The notes under the pieces are model-generated. The model searched no databases, was not told where the DNA came from, and saw only the letters and a program-made list of their open reading frames with translations. Below, piece by piece: positions 44,871 to 60,078 of a DNA stretch of 64,000 nt (positions are counted from its first letter, which is position 1; each line of letters opens with the position of its first letter). Source of the stretch: the human T2T-CHM13v2.0 reference genome, Homo sapiens; the NCBI RefSeq assembly GCF_009914755.1, contig NC_060926.1; one strand, given 5' to 3'. Position numbers and translations under genes: made by a program.

Positions 44871-46009
44871 GAGCAGTGATCACTTTGTGTGAAAGGACAA
44901 GGAAGCATGTGAGCCACTTTTGAGAGGCCTGAGTATAGAGGAGAGAGCAAGGTTGCTAGAAAGGAGGGGATTGGATGTGGAGGGGCTTGAAAGAGGGCTA
45001 GAGGAATTGAAATTTGATTTAGTTGAGTTGGTATTCCACTCTATCCTATAGCTGGATCAGAAATACTCCCATGAGACATTTCTCCTTAAATGTTGTGTCT
45101 TTTGACCTCAAATAACCCTTTTCAGGTTCCCATGAGGACGGGTACTGTTGAAGTTTGCATTTCACAGTTTTATGGCTGGTAGCCCAAATGAGTTTCAACT
45201 GTTACGTGTTCTTGACTTAGCATCCAAAAGGATAAATATATGAATATCTTATTTAATTAATAGTTGGAGGATGACATTGTTCTGGCTACTGGTTATCATA
45301 TATATTATATATATAGATCACCAGATTTCAAGGAATTGATATATAATGAAGTATGCATAAATTAAGCCACATTTTAAAAGTAAAGTATAATAAAGTAATT
45401 TAAGGCATTTTTCTGTTGGTATAGATGTTCCCTGGAAGAATTTTGCATTGTGGGTCCCATTTGGGATATTGCATATTTCAGAGTCTCCTGAGTGTACAGT
45501 AGTAGTTTCATGTCTGTTGAACTTGCTTATCATTTTGAGGGAAGAGGTGGTAGAAAACAATCCTATAAATGGCTTAATATTGGCAAAATTCCTTTAGCAC
45601 TAAATTTCCTTCCAGAAGATGTAATTTATTCAGGAAAGTGAATATGGAAAGTTGGAGAAAAGGTGCTTTTCAACGTGGATACTTAGGAGGACCATATTTA
45701 GAGAAAATCCTCCAACCTTTTTAAGGCTAAGGATTGCTTCTTCTTTTTTTTTTTATTATTATTTTTTTCCTATTCACGTCACCTCAAACCAGACACAAAT
45801 CTAGGCATTAATGTGTGCACTATAAATATCAATTAGTCGAATGTCTTGATTAGCAGAACTGCAGACAATGTATGTATTACTGCTCTTCTCACAGACCTTT
45901 ATGGGCCTATTTCATGCAGAGCAATTTTCTTCTTACACCAACAAAGTCATATTCTTCCTCGCTTGTGAAATATTGTAATTCTAACAGTGTAGTGACAACA
46001 CTTAAATAA

Positions 46010-46382
<373 letters not shown>

Positions 46383-49300
46383 TAACTGCTCTTGTCATTT
46401 TCCCTCTTGCCGTTCTGCAAATGAGGAAACTTGGGCATAGAGAGGTTAAGCAAGTTGCTGAAGGTCACAGAAGAGTAAGTTGTGGATCCAGCATAGTGGG
46501 CTCCAGCATCCTTGCTTTTAACCATTTGCTATGTTGCACCTAAATTTTGGTTCATACCAGGAATTGAGAATGTTTGAGTGCACAGCATTTTCTAAACTAG
46601 AATTTCTCCGAGGCACTAGTTCTTTGAGATATTACCTGATAAAAGGATTTGATGTCAATCAAATGTGATAAGTGTTGCTCTCATTCTCTGCCTCTTGGAG
46701 GCTGCCTCTTTGAATCAGCAATCCTGCAGTAAATGGAATAAGCATACCTAGCTTTGTTGTTCCCATTAGCAACCGATTAGACTGAGACGTAAGTTTGGGA
46801 ACGACTATAGGAGAAGAGAGCTGTAAACCTGGGCTATACTTAAAAGTGGAAGAATTTTTTCCATCTCTGTTGCTTGCCCTTGCATTCATCTCAAATTATG
46901 TATGAAGTCCCAATTGGCTTCTCTGTCATGCTGTGATTTCCATCTGAAAGGCTGTTTAGGACCTTCCATAGAATGCAGTGCCATTCCTCTCAGGGTGTGG
47001 TGCATTTACTTGGAAACCTCTTAGGCTACACTTATGAATGTTTAGATGTACTATTAATCCACATGGACCTGTCCACAGAGAAAGGATTATGATGCTTTTC
47101 TTGTAAAAACCTTTATTTAATCTCTATTCTTCTCTGTCTTAAAAATGGAGAGATTTATGTCTGCTTCTTAGATTTCTAAGTCCATCTGCTCATTCAGCCA
47201 CACTGCTAAACTGTCTTCTAAAAAATTTTCAGTAGATTTTGAAAGATATATCATGAAGATAATTTTTTCTTCTTCAAATAATGACAGTTTTGTTTCCTTC
47301 TTTCCAGATGTAGACTTTTACTTTCTTTTTTCTTATCTTATTGCATTGGATTGGACCTGCAGGACAGTTTAAAATAAAATCAGTGATACTTAGAACCCTT
47401 GTCTCGTTCTTAATCTTAGAACAAGGTTTGCTTTACGTTTTTAGTAGATATTTATTGTCAAGATAAGAAAGTACAGTCTATACCTGGCTTGTTTTGTTTT
47501 TAATCACAAATGGATCCTGAAGACCTTGACTGGCTCTTGCTTGAATTGCAGTAGTCTTGGAATACAATTCCCTGTTTCCTTTCTACTCTTTGGTCTCTTT
47601 TGAACACTGTTGCTAAACTCTTCTTTCCAAAGTGCCACTCAGATTTATGCCAATTCTCTGCTCAAAAACATGTAAGGCTTTTCTTTTGCTCACTAAAATA
47701 AGTTTGAACTCCCCAACTTGGTTTCTGTGATTCAGCAAACCCCTCCACACTATGTTCCCTTTAGCCTTTTGCCTTGATGACTGTACTTCACTTCAGGACT
47801 CTGCCTTTCTCAAACCTAACTATCCATTGTGTCCTAAACTCAGTCTGCACGTTCACTCGTCCAAGCCTTTATTGATGAGGTTCCCTCTTCTTCGAGTGCC
47901 ATTCCCATCTATCTGTGGCTGTAAATTTGTTCTCACCCTAGAAACTCACAGTGAGGTATTTCCATTTCTCTTTAGTCACTTCCTTCTTGGAATTATCCCA
48001 CTTGGAGTGTGAGCTCCTCTCAGGTCAGGGTTTGCTTGATTTATTTTCATATTCTCAACACATGATTCCGAATGGGTACACATAATACATGATAAAATGA
48101 ATGAATGAATGAATGAATGAATATTTCTTGTGGCACTTACATTCTCATTTTCATGATTATTTTTAGTCTCATTACCTCCCTACATCCCATTATCGCTTCC
48201 ACCTGAGGACTAAAGAAGCTGCCTACATATTGCTTTTGTGCAATTCACCGTCTTTGGACCAAACTGCAAATGCAGGCATTTCTTAGGGGAGCACAATTCA
48301 TTTATCTTACCTTCAAGCAACTCACTGTTTAGTAGAGGAGACAGATGGATAGAAGTGCACACACACACACCCCACCACACACACATACACACACTGGGAA
48401 TACAGTACCACTGACAAGTGATTGAATAGTACTAAAGGATTATGGAGCATGAAACACCTTTAAGGGTGGGGCAAAGTGGTTTTGCAGTGGTTTCATAGTA
48501 GTTTGCAAAGTGGTTTCATTTTCCACAGAATGAAAATAGTTTTGTATTGAATATCCAAACTCCATTATCTTCTATCTAGTTATCCAGTTGGCAGTGCCAA
48601 AAGGAAAGAAATTAGAGATTCACTAAGTACAGAAAATGATTGCCTTGAAATGATTTCTCCTTCTACCAAAATATAGAAGCCACATGTACAAAACACTTTT
48701 CTCTTTTTGCAACTTGCTAGTCATAAAATTATTTTAATGTGAACTAAAAGCTGGCATCATAAAGAAAGTAAGGTCCAAGAAGTTCTAAATTGAAGACATT
48801 AGTATAAATGGACCACACTTAAAATTCTATTGATAGTCCTCAGCTCTGAAAGGGAAATGTCTGTAATTTACCTAAATTGCCTTGAAATGAAAAGAAATAA
48901 GAGACTTCCTTCCTTGGATGTCTGTTTCCTGGTGTTTTCCTTATAACCAGGCTATAACCAGTGATTGAATTATTATTACAACCCTGTAGCAATTATTTTC
49001 ATTTCAAAAGAGGGCAAGTTATTTTCAGCCAAAGCTTACATTTCAAATAAGTTTAGTACAATATATATATATATATATAGGGTGGGAGGGAAGATTAAAG
49101 GAAGTATAAAAGTAATCACAAGTGTTCAGTAGTTTCTTTTTACTTTTTTTCTTTAATTTTCTTTCATTTTTATTCCAAATATTATATAAACATTTTAGGT
49201 TGATTTAAAAAAATTCAGGAAGTTAAGATTTGGAAAGTAGAAATGCTCCTTATCCCCTCTCCTCTCCCCAAGAATAAGTATGAACTGATGGGCGTTAGGT

Positions 49301-49512
49301 TATTCTAACACCTTACTTTTATAAATTCTATTCTAAAATACTTAATATATATAAAATAATATATATAAAACAAAAAATTATGAGATGTTCTAAAGAAATT
49401 AACACCCATGAGGCCACCTTTTGCTTAACATCACTTTACCAATATGCAACCCTCCCTTCATCTCAGCTGTTATCCCCCTCACTCTGAAGCAAGCACTCCC
49501 TGGAATTTTGCT

Positions 49513-49794
49513 TTTTTTGAGATGGAGTCTCTTCCCAGGCTGGAGTGCAATGGAGTAATCTCAGCTCACTTGCAACCTCCGCCTCCCGGGTTCAAGCGAT
49601 TCTCATGCCTCAGCCCCCTGAGTAGCTGGGATTACAGGTGTGCACCACCACGCCCGGCTAATTTTTGTATTTTTAGTAGAAATGGGGTTTCACCATGTTG
49701 GCCAGGCTGGTCTCAAACTCCTAACCTCAAGTGATCCACCTGCCTCAGCCTCCCAAAGTCCTGGGATTACAGGTGTGAGCCACCGCACTTGGCC
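49513..49794 (-). mobile_element. Alu
   Basis: Antisense Alu consensus. Confidence 0.92.
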
Positions 49795-50002
49795 CTACTT
49801 TTATCATTCTCTATGGTTTTATGGCAAACATTTTTTTGGCCCTAAATGATAGATTGTTTACTTTTTTTTTTATCTTGAATCTCCAAAATATTTATAAAAA
49901 TACTGTATATATTTGTCTGTGACTTACTCTTTTCTCTTAACATTTATGTTTCAAATGGTCAAAAAACATAGCTTACGTAAATTCTATTTAATATAACTAG
50001 CG

Positions 50003-50201
50003 TATTAGTTTGCTTGAACTGTCAAAACAAAATACTACAGACTCAGTGGCTTAAGCAACAGAAATTCATTTTCTCAGAGTTCTGGAAATTGAAAGCCCAA
50101 GATCGAGGTGCCAAGGTTGGTTTCTGGTGAGGGCTATCTTCCTGGCATGTAGATAGCCACCTTCTCACCGTGCATGTCCTCACATGCCTGCTTTTCTGTG
50201 T

Positions 50202-50238
<37 letters not shown>

Positions 50239-50440
50239 ATCTGGTGTCTCTTCCTCTTCTTATAAGGACATATGAATCCTATTGAGTCAGAGTCCCACCG
50301 TTATCACCTCATTTATCCTTAATTACCCCCCTGAAGGCCCTATCCCCAAATACAGTCACATTGGGTGTTAGGAATTTTGCTAACCTCCAATGTGGGGCTT
50401 CAACAGTTAAATTTTGGGGTGGACCCAGTTGTGTCTATAA
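50003..50440 (-). mobile_element. MLT1A-like LTR with internal (CA)n
   Basis: gtggcttaagcaacagaaattcattttctcagagttctgga...aagatcgaggtgcc. Confidence 0.8.
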
Positions 50441-51177
50441 CGAGTAGCATATACTAAAGCCATTATATGCTGCAAGGGGGTTGAGAGATGTGAGAACTCA
50501 GACCCATCCTCTGAAGCCAGGAAACCCATCCTCAGCTCATGAAGGGTTTCCTGGCTTTTTCCAAATAACAAAGTTTAGATTCCCTAGAAGAGAGCTCTCA
50601 GCGAGCCCTCCTAGAGAGTGGCTTGTGTGAGCAGTGAACAACACATACGTGAGCTAAGCCTGCAAACAAAGGAGTAGAGAGGCCACGTCAGCAGCATGCC
50701 AGCTTTTCCTGGGGAGGAGTGGACATTATTGGACCTTGAAGCCTGAGTATTGGAAGATGCTTGGATATCCAGCTGCTTCTTTCACAATGGGGTGGATGGC
50801 TACATGAAAAGAATTCTACAGCAATCAGACCATTTCATGGACTGCCTCCCCTCTGGAGCATCACGATGCTGATGTGTATCCTGTTTTATTCAGTGAGAAA
50901 AGAGAATCCCAGGCGAATGTTTTGGTAAGGGATTGAGAGTGTACTGGAACAGAGAATGAAAGGGAGGTAATTCTCTTAGCATCATTATGCCTTGCTGGAA
51001 CTGTCTGGGACAAAAGACAATAGAAACCTAAGAAGTTAAAAATTAGCCATTTGGAACTGAGTTTTTGGTAACTATCATCCTGTGAAAGGCTAGCCTATTC
51101 CAGAATTCTGTGATGAGAACGTTTTTAGTAGAGCAGCAGTTTTCCATTTGTTTTTGACTATGAGATCATGATCCTTC

Positions 51178-51489
51178 CTCTCTCTCTCTCTCTCTCTCTT
51201 TCTTTCTGATGGAGTCTCACTCTGTCACCCAGGCTGGAGTGCAGTGGTGTGATCTCAGGGCTCACTGCAGCCTCCAGCTCCCAGGTTCAGGCGATTCTCC
51301 TGCCTCAGCCTCCTGAATAGCTGGGATTACAGGCACTCACCACTACATCCGGCTAATTTTTGTATCTTTAGTAGAGATGGGGTTTCACGATGTTGGCCAG
51401 GCTGGTCTCAAACTCCTGACCTCAGGTGATCTGCCCGTCTTGGCCTCCCAAAGTGCTAGGATTATAGGCATGAGCCACTGCGCCCGGCC
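51178..51489 (-). mobile_element. Alu with (CT)n-derived tail
   Basis: Antisense Alu with TSD agatcatgat. Confidence 0.92.
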
Positions 51490-51992
51490 AAGATCATGAT
51501 TCATTTTAACAAGAAATACAAATATATTGCAACTTAGCACACAGACACACATCTGAAATAATAGTTTTATGAAGTGACACTGTTAATATATGTGATGTCC
51601 TCTAATATTTTCTATTCTACTCTGTCTCATTTTATTTTTTAAAATGCTGCTTATGATCTACTAAGTTTAATTCATGAACCAGCACATAGTAGACTAGGGT
51701 TTCTTGAACTTTTGGGAGTTATTATAGCTTCCTTTCAAAAATTGAATTTTCCCTAGCTCATTTGAAGGGCTGAAGGACATCAAAATCTTATTTTTCAGCA
51801 TTCTCTAGTCCTGCTCAGCTCAATGCTCCACCTCACAGACATTATAAAAGTATGCGATATTTATTAATGCAATAAATATTTTTGAGTCCCAGCTCTGGTC
51901 CAGACACTATGCTAGGTACCAGTGAAATAAATTTTCCAGATTAGTGGCATGTTTGTTAAGTGTGTATAGAATGCATTTAAAAATCATCCTGT

Positions 51993-52274
51993 GAGCCAGG
52001 TGATGTGGCTCACACCTGTAACTCCAGTACTTTGGGAGGCCAAGGCAGGTGGATCACTTGCAGTCAGGAGTTTGAGACCTGCCTGGCTGACATGGTAAAA
52101 CCCTGTCTTTACTAAAAATACAAAAATTAGCTGGTTGTGGTAGTGTACACCTGTGGTCCCAGTTACTCAGGAGGCTGAGGCATGAGAATCACTTGAACCT
52201 GGAAGGCGGAGGTTATAGTGAACCGAGATCATGCCACTGTACTCCAGCCTGGCTGACAGAGTAAGACTCAGTCT

Positions 52275-52312
<38 letters not shown>
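51993..52312 (+). mobile_element. Alu with long A tail
   Basis: Sense Alu with TSD aaaaatcatcctgtg. Confidence 0.93.
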
Positions 52313-52316
<4 letters not shown>

Positions 52317-52722
52317 CCTGTGTGCTCCAGGGAGAGGTGGTGCTGGCTAGCAGAGAAAGCTCAGGGTTTGAGGGAGTGGAGAGGAGTTGAGCCCTGATTT
52401 GCACACTGTGCCTTCCTCCCATCAAAGACTGGCTCTAAGGCCTTCTGCATGTAGATCACTGTGGGAAGTCCTGTCTTTTTCCTAGCCCTCCCTTCCTGCC
52501 AAATGTCCTGTCTAGTCCACATAGGAATGGAGACCTTCAGGCACCTAGGGAGTGGAGAGTCCTAGATTGAGAGGCTCTCTCCAGTCTGAAAAAGCCAAAG
52601 TTGCCAGTTCCCTGCAGTAGAATAGGCAGGCTCATGTTGAATGTTACCACCAAACCAATCATTAAATGCAGAGGCCACAGAGCCCTGAACTGAGTATCTC
52701 ATGAGACAATTCTCATTTCCTC

Positions 52723-53160
52723 TGTAGTAGGCAGAATAATGGCCCTGAAAGATGTCCACTTCTTAATCCCAGAACCCGAATATGTTATGTTGCATGACCA
52801 GTGGGAATTAAGGTTGCAGATGGAGTTATGGTTGTTAACCATTTGACCTTCAAATAAAGATTGTCTAGTGCAATCACAGGGATTCTTAAATGGGGAAGAA
52901 GGAAGCAGAAAAGTTGAAACCAAACTGATGGCCTCATGAGACTTGACGGGCCATTACTGCTTTAAGGATACAGAGGGGTCATGCGAGCCAAGGAATACAG
53001 GCGGCCGCTAGAAGCTGGCAAAGGCAGGAAAACGGAATCTCTCCTAGAGCCTCCAGGAAGAAAGCAGCTCTGCAGGCTTCTTGACATCAGCCCAGTGAGA
53101 CTCAAGTTGGACCTCTGACATCCAGAACTGAAAGATAATAAAATTTTGTTGTCTTAAACC
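52723..53160 (+). mobile_element. MLT1D-like LTR
   Basis: tgtagtaggcagaataatggccc...gagccaaggaatacaggcggcc...tctcctagagcctccag...ataataaa. Confidence 0.85.
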
Positions 53161-53261
53161 ACTAAATTTCTGTTAATTTTTTATAGCAGCGAAAGGAAAC
53201 GTCACCCTACTACATGGTATTATTTAATTTTTTTTACAAAGCAAACACAAGTTTTTACCAG

Positions 53262-55318
53262 AAGATATCTGTTCCTGTTAGAGAGCAGCAACGAATGTTC
53301 ATGAGCTATTCTCTATGAAGAAAAACAGTAATATTTTGAAGGGTTTATGTTCACATTAATAACCAAACATCTAGCATTCAGAGAAAATTTTATATGAAAT
53401 GGAGACATTATGTATATAATCTCTGCTAAAATAAGAATTGTATTAGGTGCTTGCTATATAGAATATTAATTAAATAGTATTTTTTTCAGAATTCAGATTA
53501 GCCTATATAGTTCTTTCGTCATCGAACACCTTTTAATCTTATTTTTTTAAGAGTCAGTGACAAAGCATAGAAAGCCATATCTTACTCTTTCCTTTTAATG
53601 TTATTTTTGTTTCAAGACTACTTGCTGCTTTATTGTTAAATACCATTGGCAATGTCAGCTTTTGGATTAACGAAAATGGAACAGGTGAAGTAAAGCAAAT
53701 TAAAGAGATTTATTTTATTCTCTTAAATGAGAACATCTAGATGTGCTTATGCTTGGCATAAGAAAACAGCTGGGTCCAGGCGTGGTGGCTCATGCCTATA
53801 ATCCCAGCACTTTGGGAGGCTGAGGAGGGTGAATCACCTAAGGTCAGGATTTCGAGACCAGCCTGGCCAACATGGCAAAACCCCATCTCTACTAAAAATA
53901 CAAAAAATCAGCCGGGCGTGGTGGTGGGCGCCTGTAATCCCAGCCTCTTGGGAGGCTGAGGCAGGAGAATCGCTTGATTCCAGAAGGCAGAGGTTGCGGT
54001 GAGCCGAGGTCGCGCCACTGCTCTCCGCCTGGGCAACAAGAGCAGAACTCCATCTCAAAAAAAAAAAAAAAAAAAAAAAGAAAACAATTGGATAATTACT
54101 ACTCCTCAGTTACCAACAGACTCCTTAAAAATGGTTGCAATAGATTTCCTCAGCCAAGTCATGGGTATTTCTTTCCTGAATTCCATGAGGTTGGGCTTTC
54201 CCTTCTCATATTTCTGTGTATGTCTCCTGTGTTCACAGCTGAATGTAGGGTATGCCTGGGCATTAAGGCAACAGAATGATTTCAGATCTCATGGAAAACA
54301 AGTGCTTGGCCACTTCATTCTGCCTAACTTTAAGCTCAGCTCAAACCGATGCAGAGACAATTAAGGTTGGTAGCTGCCCCAGAGTCGGGCTGCTTGGTCA
54401 GCTTTATTGAACTGTTTTTCTACTCTTCATGTACCTTGTTTGATTGCTCTTGGAAAGCTATTTTGCTGATTTTGTGATTTTTTTTCCCCATTTGACTTCT
54501 ATGCAGCTTAGTTTTCAGTATTCCCCAAAGATGTCTCTATTTTGCCAGTGCCTTCTATTTCTCAGACCTTGGAGCAGATGGTTTTCCTGATAATTTATCT
54601 CCCCCTTCATCCTTAAACACATATCATTGTGGACACTCTTTTCCAATAACCCACATTGCCTCACCATTTTCTATTTAAAGCTTACAGTCCAGTGATCTAG
54701 TCATGTAGGGAATGCCTATCTGTGATGGTTTTATGCTAAGCCCAAGAAAGGCCTCTGATTTGTTTTCAAAATCTTGGAAATCAAGTCTTAAAATGTTCCT
54801 CATTTTTTCCTTCCATGAGTGCAGACAGTCAGCTGACATAGGGGCCTCTCCCTCCCTGCCAACAGAACCCTGGGAATGGCTCTTTCTCATCCCACACTAC
54901 CCTCGTTTGCCTCTTTACAAGCTTCCTGCCTCCTTTCTGACAGTTACTTTAATTGTAAAATGAAGTTTGCATTCAGTCATTCCCATAGCAACACTGGTCA
55001 GAGATCGACACCTTTACTCTCTAATTACAAACTGCCTTTGGGAAAGGGTTTGGCAAATATTTAATTGGTGCTTTGTACTGGAGATGCATTGGGGACAAAG
55101 AAATGGAGCTTGGGCTTACAGACCAGAGGGAGAAAGAGAAAATTTCAGAAGTGATTATGGTTCAGTGTTGGAAAGCAAGTGTAGGAGTGGGGCCACAAGG
55201 AGGGTACCTGGTCTAGAAGGGGGCAGGTAGGGTGGGGCAGGGACTTGTGTTGGAGGATTCTTCATAGAGAATAGCTCATGAACATTCGTTGCTGCTCTCT
55301 GACAGGAACAGAAATCTT
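53262..55318. repeat. 61-bp inverted repeat pair (53262-53322 and 55258-55318)
   Basis: Arms are reverse complements at 59/61 positions, compared base by base. Confidence 0.93.
53774..54079 (+). mobile_element. Alu (AluS-like)
   Basis: Sense Alu, A tail, TSD-like aagaaaaca. Confidence 0.93.
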
Positions 55319-56675
55319 AATATCATAAAATACAAAAAACCCCAACAAACCCACATTGCATTACAGTTACAGAAATAAAAATGGTGGTTGCTGAGATGCG
55401 GTTGACCAGAAAGGGACATGATACAAGTGCCCTGTTTAGTCTTAGGTGGTTGTTGCGAGATGTTGCGAGGATATCTAATTGTCAAAATCATCTAGTGGAA
55501 TACTTCACATCTATACATCATTGTATGTAAATAAAAAATAAAGCAATATGAGAAAGCTTTCCATGTACTGATATATGGAAAAGTCTTCAAGATATATTAA
55601 GTGGAAGAAGCAAGGTGGAGGCAGGTATATATAACCTGCCACCTTTTGTAGCACAAAGAGGAACAATTAGGGATGTATGGTTGACTGCTTCTGTGTGCAC
55701 AAAGAAAGAACTCTGGAGAGAGTGGTGAGGCACCAGCAGAAGTGTTGGGGCTGGGAGGTGGTGAGCAGCTGGCAGCTGCAGGAATAGAGGGCAGGGATGT
55801 GAGGGAGACGTTTCACTTTTATACTTTATACCTTTAAAAAATCCTTTATACTTTTTGGTATTTGAACTATATGAACATATTTCTCATTCAAGGAAAATAA
55901 AAAAAGAAAGCAATATGGAAACCGAACTAAGGAGATTTTAAACTGAGATATAAGATGCTTTCAATTATTCCCAATGACAGGCTATTTATCAATTTAATAT
56001 TTTTAAGCAACTTCCTCCCATCAGTGCTCTGGGAACCAGCTGGGCAGATGTGGTACACCCATGTCAGATACCCCAGTGGCAGGCTCCTGTCACTGTAGCA
56101 CTTGGTCCCTCCATCCCTCCCAGCCTTCCTAGCTCCTTGCTCCTGGAAACCTCCCCCCATCAATCTCTGACATTTCAGAGGAAATACTGTTTGTCACCTC
56201 TTAAGGAATCTGGAGGACGGCCTGTGAGATATGGCGTCAGTTACAGCCTCTTAAAGAGTCAATAGCCCCTGCAGAGGCCAGAACACTGGAACAAATGTAA
56301 GGAAGGTATAGTTTTTAAAGATTTTTGACTTGAATTAAATAGGATTGGTTACTTCTTGCCCCTCCCGAGGGTGGACTGTGCACAGAAGAGACCTCTTCAC
56401 CGGGTTTGCTGCTCTTTTTCGCACTGTGAGTTGGGGTTCTAACAGTCAGCGTTGGTCCATAACAAAATGGAAATCCTTTCTTTCCCCTCCTGTTAATGCC
56501 CCCTGTCTGTGCAGTGACTGTGCAACCAGCACCTTTTGTGGTCGAATCAGCCAGCAGAAGTGCCCCTCGTGTTCCTGGATTCTCTCTTCTGTGGTTCCAT
56601 TTCTTTGAGTCCTGGGTTCTCGCCCTGAATGGCTCAACAGGGGGAAAGGCAGACAGCTTCTTCGTGCCAGAAACA

Positions 56676-57232
<557 letters not shown>

Positions 57233-60078
57233 TAAGTAAAATAATTCTTGGCCCCTGCTGAGTTTTAGTCCTGTGCCTCATTCTCTGCTTGCCTGCTTAT
57301 TCCTCTAATTCCTAAATTCAACATTTATGCACAGGCAGTGGCTTCATGGAGCATTGGGTTGAGAGGGATTGTAAGGCTGCCCTTGAGCTGTACTTGGGCT
57401 CTGCAGGCAAGTGTGCTGTGGCTGAAGAGTGATGTCTGCTTGGGGAGACATCAGAAAGATGGGGAGCCTCGGTCTAGGTATTTGCCAAGGCTGCTTTGAT
57501 AGTCCTACCCTAGATTTCATGGTATTCCATACACCTAGTGCTATTTACTAAGTGTATGCTCCATAAATAATGCTCATGTTGCCTTTAAAAACTTTGTCCT
57601 TCTGGAAGCATGATTATCTGTCATGTTAAATAAACAGGTCTGCCCACAAGAGCATGGCTACTGGCACTGAAGCTCATTCCAGCAGAATTTAAGTGTCATG
57701 ATGCAAGGCACTCAGGTCTGTTTCCCGTGCCCTTCTCCCTCCTTGAAAGAACCTCAGCTAAACGCCTTTGCTTTATAGTTTTAGCTCCATGTGGCAGACA
57801 TTGGAGACACCCTTTAACTGCTCCTTAGTGGATGCGAACACACCCTTACTGCTGTTTTTAGTGGCCCTGATGAGAACCTGGAAGTATTTCCAAGGCCCGT
57901 CATGCAGGTGTGGCTCACTGTCTGAAGCAGTAGTATCTGTGGCTAGATGCAGTGATCGAATGCCATGTGTCCAGGTAGTGTTCCAAGTGTTTTACATATA
58001 TTGTTATTTCGTCCTCACAGAATCTTATGAGAGAGCTGCTGCAGTATTATTATCATCCTCACCTGAGCTCAGAGAGCTGCGATAACTTGCCCAAGGTCAC
58101 ATAGCTACTAAATTGTGAAGGCTGGTTTTTAGCTTAGGCAGTCTGAATTTAACCTGTTTAACCAGTGAAGTGCCTTGAGCACTTAACTAGAAGGCAGAGC
58201 CCTGTATGTTCTTGGGAAGTTATTTTTTTTCCCCTTTTTTCCCATCTATAAAATGAAGATTTGGGCAGGATGGTTTAGATTCCTCTGAGCCCTATCTTAT
58301 TTGATTCTAAGTTACATGTTGAAGGTATCTTTGAGCCACTCTACTGCTACTCGCCATAAAATGTGATGAATAATGTATGTATGTGCTAGAGGTATACAGA
58401 TTGAAGTGAAGACTTGAACCTTCTTAGCACACACCAGAATTATAGCTTGTCAAGGGCAAGAGATTTATTTTCCCAAACAATTAGAGGACACCAGTAATTA
58501 TGTTTAATTACATGTTGAATGGTTTTCCTGTTGTGTCAACCCCATTGTCTTAATTGTGCTTAAGAGCAGCAGGCTATTATTTTGAGGTTTGTGAAGTTTA
58601 AAATTGCTGTGTCTCAGCATCGGGGGAGCACAAGCGTTAAGAGCACAGGCTCTGGCATCAGACGATCTGCAAATCCTGGATCTGCCACTTACAATAGATC
58701 CTTGGCAAGTTCCTTAACTTCTCTAATGGTTCCTCGTACTGGGAATAATAACAGCATCGATCTCACGAGTGTATTGTGAAGATTGAACAGCACATATATG
58801 AGGAGTGTCGTGCTGCGTTTGGCATGTAAACCTTTCAGATGTTGGCTATCATATTATTTATTATTATGGATTAGGCGTTGATGGTGGGCAGTCTCTGACA
58901 TGTTCCAGGATCCAACCCTGATGGATAGAGCCATCTGGGGTAGATCTGGGCTCCAGCTTGGATGGATTGCTGCTGTTTGGTACTAGTTTTGACATTTAGG
59001 GTGTTTGTTGTCTATCTTGTTTCTAGTTTATGTCTGTAATCTCATTTTCTAAAAGCATGTGGAATGGAGCTAAGAAATACGGCAACCATTGAAAAAGTTA
59101 CAATTGTTAAGTCCTCTGAAGAGAGTCACAGAGGAAGGAGAACTAACTCTAGTATTTAGTAGGAAAATTATCTTTGTAGTTGATAATTTTAGGCAGTACA
59201 CAGCAGACATGGGCTTAGATAACATTGAATCAGGTAGTGGAAAGTTATTTTCATTTTATTCCTCTTTCAGCCCTTCTGAATCTACCAAAGACAAAGCTTC
59301 AGTTTGGTGCTAGTGTTTAATCTCTAATACTTTGGAATTTCCCTCTTAATAAAAGGAAAGAACAGGTCCTAGGCTTGGAGTCCTTGACATGCAATGTTTC
59401 TAGCTAGAGCTCATTAGTATTGCTTTGTTTTCATTGTATCTCTTTTTATTGCCTTCTGTTTATAGCATGTAATACTGATTTTTCACTTACAACAGTAATA
59501 TAAAAGTTTCATTGAAAGTATATTTAAGGAAAAATAAGTTAATTAAAAAAATATTAAATTAAAGGTAGAGTGGATGGTACATGGTTATGACAAAAATTGT
59601 GATGGTGCCACCCAAATCCCTGAGTTAGGACACATTGGTTTAGAGAGGAAAAAAAGCACAAAAACTTAATGCTAGGGAAGGCCAATATTTAAAAAGAGAA
59701 ATTAAAGAAGTTGGAGAAATTAAAGAAGGGGAGAAATCATTGCAGAAGTGGGAGGGGCAGATGCTTGGAGAGGGTGATAAAGGGATGGCAAAGGAGAGGC
59801 ATTGGTTTGCTAAGGGGACAGCTGTGGGTGCCTTTGCTGCTTCCCATTTAGCAAAAAGACTGGCATAATGAGAAGTGAGAGGAAGGATGCTGGGAGTGTG
59901 TGCTACTTATTTCCAAAAAGCTTAGTGTGTGGTGATAGCACAGTGAGTTGAGGTAGAAGCAAGGTCGATGGCAGGTTTTTTGCTTTTAAGGATAGCACAC
60001 ATGTAGTCATGCTTTTAGCTAATGGAGGAAGCCTACGAGAAGGGAGAGATGGAGCCAGGGTCAAGGAGTGGGAGGATG

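Noticed and set aside
48639-48890. 15-bp direct repeat attgccttgaaatga, possible TSD
   Set aside because: No A tail or recognisable insert between the copies; AT-rich context.
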